Shown here one piece after another: positions 61,502 through 64,000 of a stretch of DNA of 64,000 nt. The translations under genes were made by a program, and so were the position numbers. The notes beneath the pieces were generated by a model, which was given only the letters and a program-made list of their open reading frames with translations, did not search any database and was not told where the DNA came from. The stretch's first letter is position 1, and every line of letters starts with the position of its first letter. This stretch comes from Verrucomicrobiales bacterium (GTDB lineage Bacteria > Verrucomicrobiota > Verrucomicrobiia > Verrucomicrobiales > V1-33): assembly GCA_031411295.1 (NCBI GenBank), contig JANOAV010000205.1, positions 39,933 to 103,932 on the forward strand, in the 5' to 3' direction.

Positions 61502-61567
61502 GTGGAGCAGTCCGCCGGACTGCTCTTGCGATGGACTCAAATTGAGCAGTCCAGCGGACTGCTCCAC
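61502..61567. repeat. REPIN doublet (family B)
   Basis: gtggagcagtccgccggactgctc ... gagcagtccagcggactgctccac form an inverted pair. Confidence 0.88.
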
Positions 61568-61777
61568 ACTCGCTGCTTGGTCAGGGCGCGGGTGGCGGTC
61601 TGGGGCTCCGAAATGACTGGCCTGTTGTTGAGCATGCTGTGTGCCATTTATCGAGTCTCGTGCTGGCGCCTCGGTCCAAAAATTCTCACGAATTATCATC
61701 GCTTGCTGCGCTGTATAGAGAATGCTTGACCCGGCATCTGCCGCCGTTACCATTCCCTTCCTCTACCCATCCGCTCC

Positions 61778-62935
61778 ATGCAAGTCCTCGACCGTCCGGT
61801 TCATCCTGACCATACCTTTACTAGTTCCGTCCCCGGCTATTGGCCGGACGTTGCTGCCTCTGATTGGAACGACCATTTGTGGCAACTGCGTAATCGCATC
61901 ACAAGTCTGGCCCAATTGGAAAAGCACTTGGTGCTGTCCCCTGAAGAACGCGCCGGGGTCCTGCTCACGGGAAATAAGTTGGCCATGGCGATTACGCCGC
62001 ACTACTTCAATCTCATCGAGGCGGACAATCCGAATTGCCCGATTCGTCGGCAGGTGATTCCGCGGATTGAGGAATCGTATGATGATCGGGATGAAATGGC
62101 GGACCCTTGTGGCGAAGACAGTCACATGCCAGTCCCGGGCTTGGTGCATCGCTACCCGGACCGGGTCTTGTTTCTAGTGACGGATCGCTGCGCCAGTTAC
62201 TGCCGCTACTGCACGCGGAGTCGAATGGTTAGCGGGGTGGGGGAGCAGGAGTTGCACACGGAGTTTGAAGCCGCGTTCCGTTACTTGGAAGAACATACGG
62301 AGATTCGTGATGTCCTGCTGTCCGGTGGGGATGCCCTGATGCTCTCCAATAACAAACTCGAAGCAATCCTAGCGCGACTGCGGAGCATTGAGCACATCGA
62401 GTTTCTCCGCATCGGCAGTCGAGTGCCAATTTTTCTGCCGCAGCGAATCACGTCGGAGCTGTGTCAGATGTTGCAGAAATACCATCCGCTCTGGATGAGT
62501 GTTCACGTGAACCATCCACGCGAACTGACCACCGAAGTCAAGACCGCCCTGGAAATGCTGGCCAATCACGGCATTCCCTTGGGCAACCAAAGTGTGCTGC
62601 TGAGCGGCGTGAATGACGACCTGGAAACGATGCGCACGCTCGTCCACAAGCTGCTGCGCTGTCGCGTGCGGCCATATTATTTATACCAGTGTGATCTCAT
62701 CAAAGGTTCCTCCCATCTGCGCACTAGCGTTAGCAAGGGCTTGGAAATTATCGAAGGACTGCGGGGGCACACCACGGGCTATGCCGTGCCTCAATTCGTC
62801 ATTGATGCGCCCGGTGGCGGCGGGAAAGTGCCGCTGAATCCCGACTACCTAATTCATCGCGATGGGGAGCGCACGCTGGTGCGCAATTATGAAGGAAACG
62901 TCTATGCCTACCCAGAACCGGAGGCCGGGAAGTAA
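61778..62935 (+). CDS. KamA family radical SAM protein (lysine 2,3-aminomutase-like)
   Basis: HRYPDR, CASYCRYC, SGGD, H.NHP.E, NQSVLL, PYYLYQCD, PGGGGK (PLP Lys). Confidence 0.92.
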   Translation: MQVLDRPVHPDHTFTSSVPGYWPDVAASDWNDHLWQLRNRITSLAQLEKHLVLSPEERAGVLLTGNKLAMAITPHYFNLIEADNPNCPIRRQVIPRIEESYDDRDEMADPCGEDSHMPVPGLVHRYPDRVLFLVTDRCASYCRYCTRSRMVSGVGEQELHTEFEAAFRYLEEHTEIRDVLLSGGDALMLSNNKLEAILARLRSIEHIEFLRIGSRVPIFLPQRITSELCQMLQKYHPLWMSVHVNHPRELTTEVKTALEMLANHGIPLGNQSVLLSGVNDDLETMRTLVHKLLRCRVRPYYLYQCDLIKGSSHLRTSVSKGLEIIEGLRGHTTGYAVPQFVIDAPGGGGKVPLNPDYLIHRDGERTLVRNYEGNVYAYPEPEAGK

Positions 62936-62937
62936 TG

Positions 62938-62965
62938 CGAGGAGGGTGGACATCCTGTGCACCAG
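62938..62965 (+). repeat. REP family C copy
   Basis: cgaggagggtggacatcctgtgcaccag directly after the stop codon. Confidence 0.72.
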
Positions 62966-62983
62966 TCTCCATCCTGATGACAA

Positions 62984-63937
62984 ATGACGGATCCCAATTG
63001 CAGTCAGCCCCCTGTTTACATCGTCGGCCCCACTGGTAGTGGCAAGAGCGCCATCGCGATGACGTTAGCGGAGGCGCACCAGGGTGAAATCATCAATGCG
63101 GATGCCTTTCAAGTCTATCAGGGGCTGGAAATCCTAACGGCACAGCCAACTGCGGAAGATCGCGCCTGTGTGCCGCATCATCTGTATGGATTCCTGTCCG
63201 TAAGCGAGGAGTTTGACGCGGCACAATACGCCAAGCTGGCGCAGGCAAAGGTAGCGGAGGTGCAAAGCCGGGGGCGCTTGCCTATCATTGTGGGCGGCAG
63301 CGGGCTCTATGTGAAAGCATTAACGCATGGATTATCGGATTTACCGCCCATCAATGAAGCGCTGCGTGCAGAACTGGCGGCAGAGTCCTTGGAAACGTTG
63401 CTGCCCCGACTCTTGGAATTAGATCCGGCAGCAGCGAGCCATGTGAATTTACAGAATCCCCGCCACGTGCAGCGGGCGTTGGAGATTTGCTTGCTAACAG
63501 GTCGGCCTGCTACCGAATTCAAGCAGGCCTGGAAGGACGTTGCCAACCCCGCCCGAGGGATTTTCGTGAACCCGCCTCGGGATGAATTGTATCAACGCAT
63601 CAATCGTCGCACGGACGAAATGTTTGCTGCCGGGGTCGTGACCGAAGTGCACCATCTCCTTCGCCAGGGTCCGCTGAGCGCCACCGCCAGCAAGGCAATC
63701 GGCTTGCAAACCATCGTCCACCTGCAGGACGAATCCGCCGCCCGATCCGAAATCCAGCAGGCCACCCGTCGCTATGCCAAACGTCAGATTACTTGGTTCA
63801 AACGAGAATCCTACTTCACGCCGGTAACGTCTGCGGAAGAGCTAAGCAGTTGGAGTTCGGCCTTTAGGCCAATGCCTTTAAGGATTCAAAAATATCTGGA
63901 ATTCTGTAATTTCCCATGGCGCCCTGCCAGCTTCTGA
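62984..63937 (+). CDS. miaA: tRNA dimethylallyltransferase
   Basis: GPTGSGKS, DAFQVY.GL.I.TA, PHHL, VGGSGLY, TRRYAKRQ.TWF. Confidence 0.95.
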   Translation: MTDPNCSQPPVYIVGPTGSGKSAIAMTLAEAHQGEIINADAFQVYQGLEILTAQPTAEDRACVPHHLYGFLSVSEEFDAAQYAKLAQAKVAEVQSRGRLPIIVGGSGLYVKALTHGLSDLPPINEALRAELAAESLETLLPRLLELDPAAASHVNLQNPRHVQRALEICLLTGRPATEFKQAWKDVANPARGIFVNPPRDELYQRINRRTDEMFAAGVVTEVHHLLRQGPLSATASKAIGLQTIVHLQDESAARSEIQQATRRYAKRQITWFKRESYFTPVTSAEELSSWSSAFRPMPLRIQKYLEFCNFPWRPASF

Positions 63938-64000
63938 TGGATTGGGCGGATGCCCCATAACTCCCTGCCGCTTCCCGCATTCTTTTCCAATTTCGCCGCA

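Noticed and set aside
61778..62935. Assigning kamA versus epmB
   Set aside because: The length is intermediate and no efp/epmA or lysine-fermentation genes are adjacent, so no symbol was given.

Overview
A 64 kb window of a GC-rich bacterial chromosome. Gene content (DUF1501 plus DUF1549/DUF1553 pair, DUF1080 fusion, sulfatase, short NuoG, fused SecDF) points to the PVC superphylum, most likely Verrucomicrobiota (inference). About 50 CDSs were called. Housekeeping genes: uup-like ABC-F, nuoN, nuoM, nuoG, glnD, trpF, tgt-yajC-secDF, ligA, dnaB, menA/C/E, a KamA-family radical SAM enzyme and miaA. Other clusters: a circularly permuted ATP-grasp/alpha-E plus transglutaminase operon, an RDD-SpoIIM-DUF4129-DUF4350-MoxR operon, and a sialic acid utilisation cluster. 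No rRNA, tRNA, CRISPR array or intact transposase was seen. Highlights: (1) a ~6.7 kb insert splitting the sialic acid cluster, carrying a 1796-aa nuclease-STAND-sensor (Avs/NLR-like) candidate defence protein flanked by three broken toxin-antitoxin modules; (2) a REPIN-type palindrome lying in frame inside a HAD hydrolase gene and translated as ~28 aa; (3) an identical 22-bp Rex/CRP-type operator plus conserved promoter upstream of two separated complex I gene fragments; (4) several REP families, including a pair bracketing one orphan gene. All product calls come from motif recognition by eye; no database search was run.
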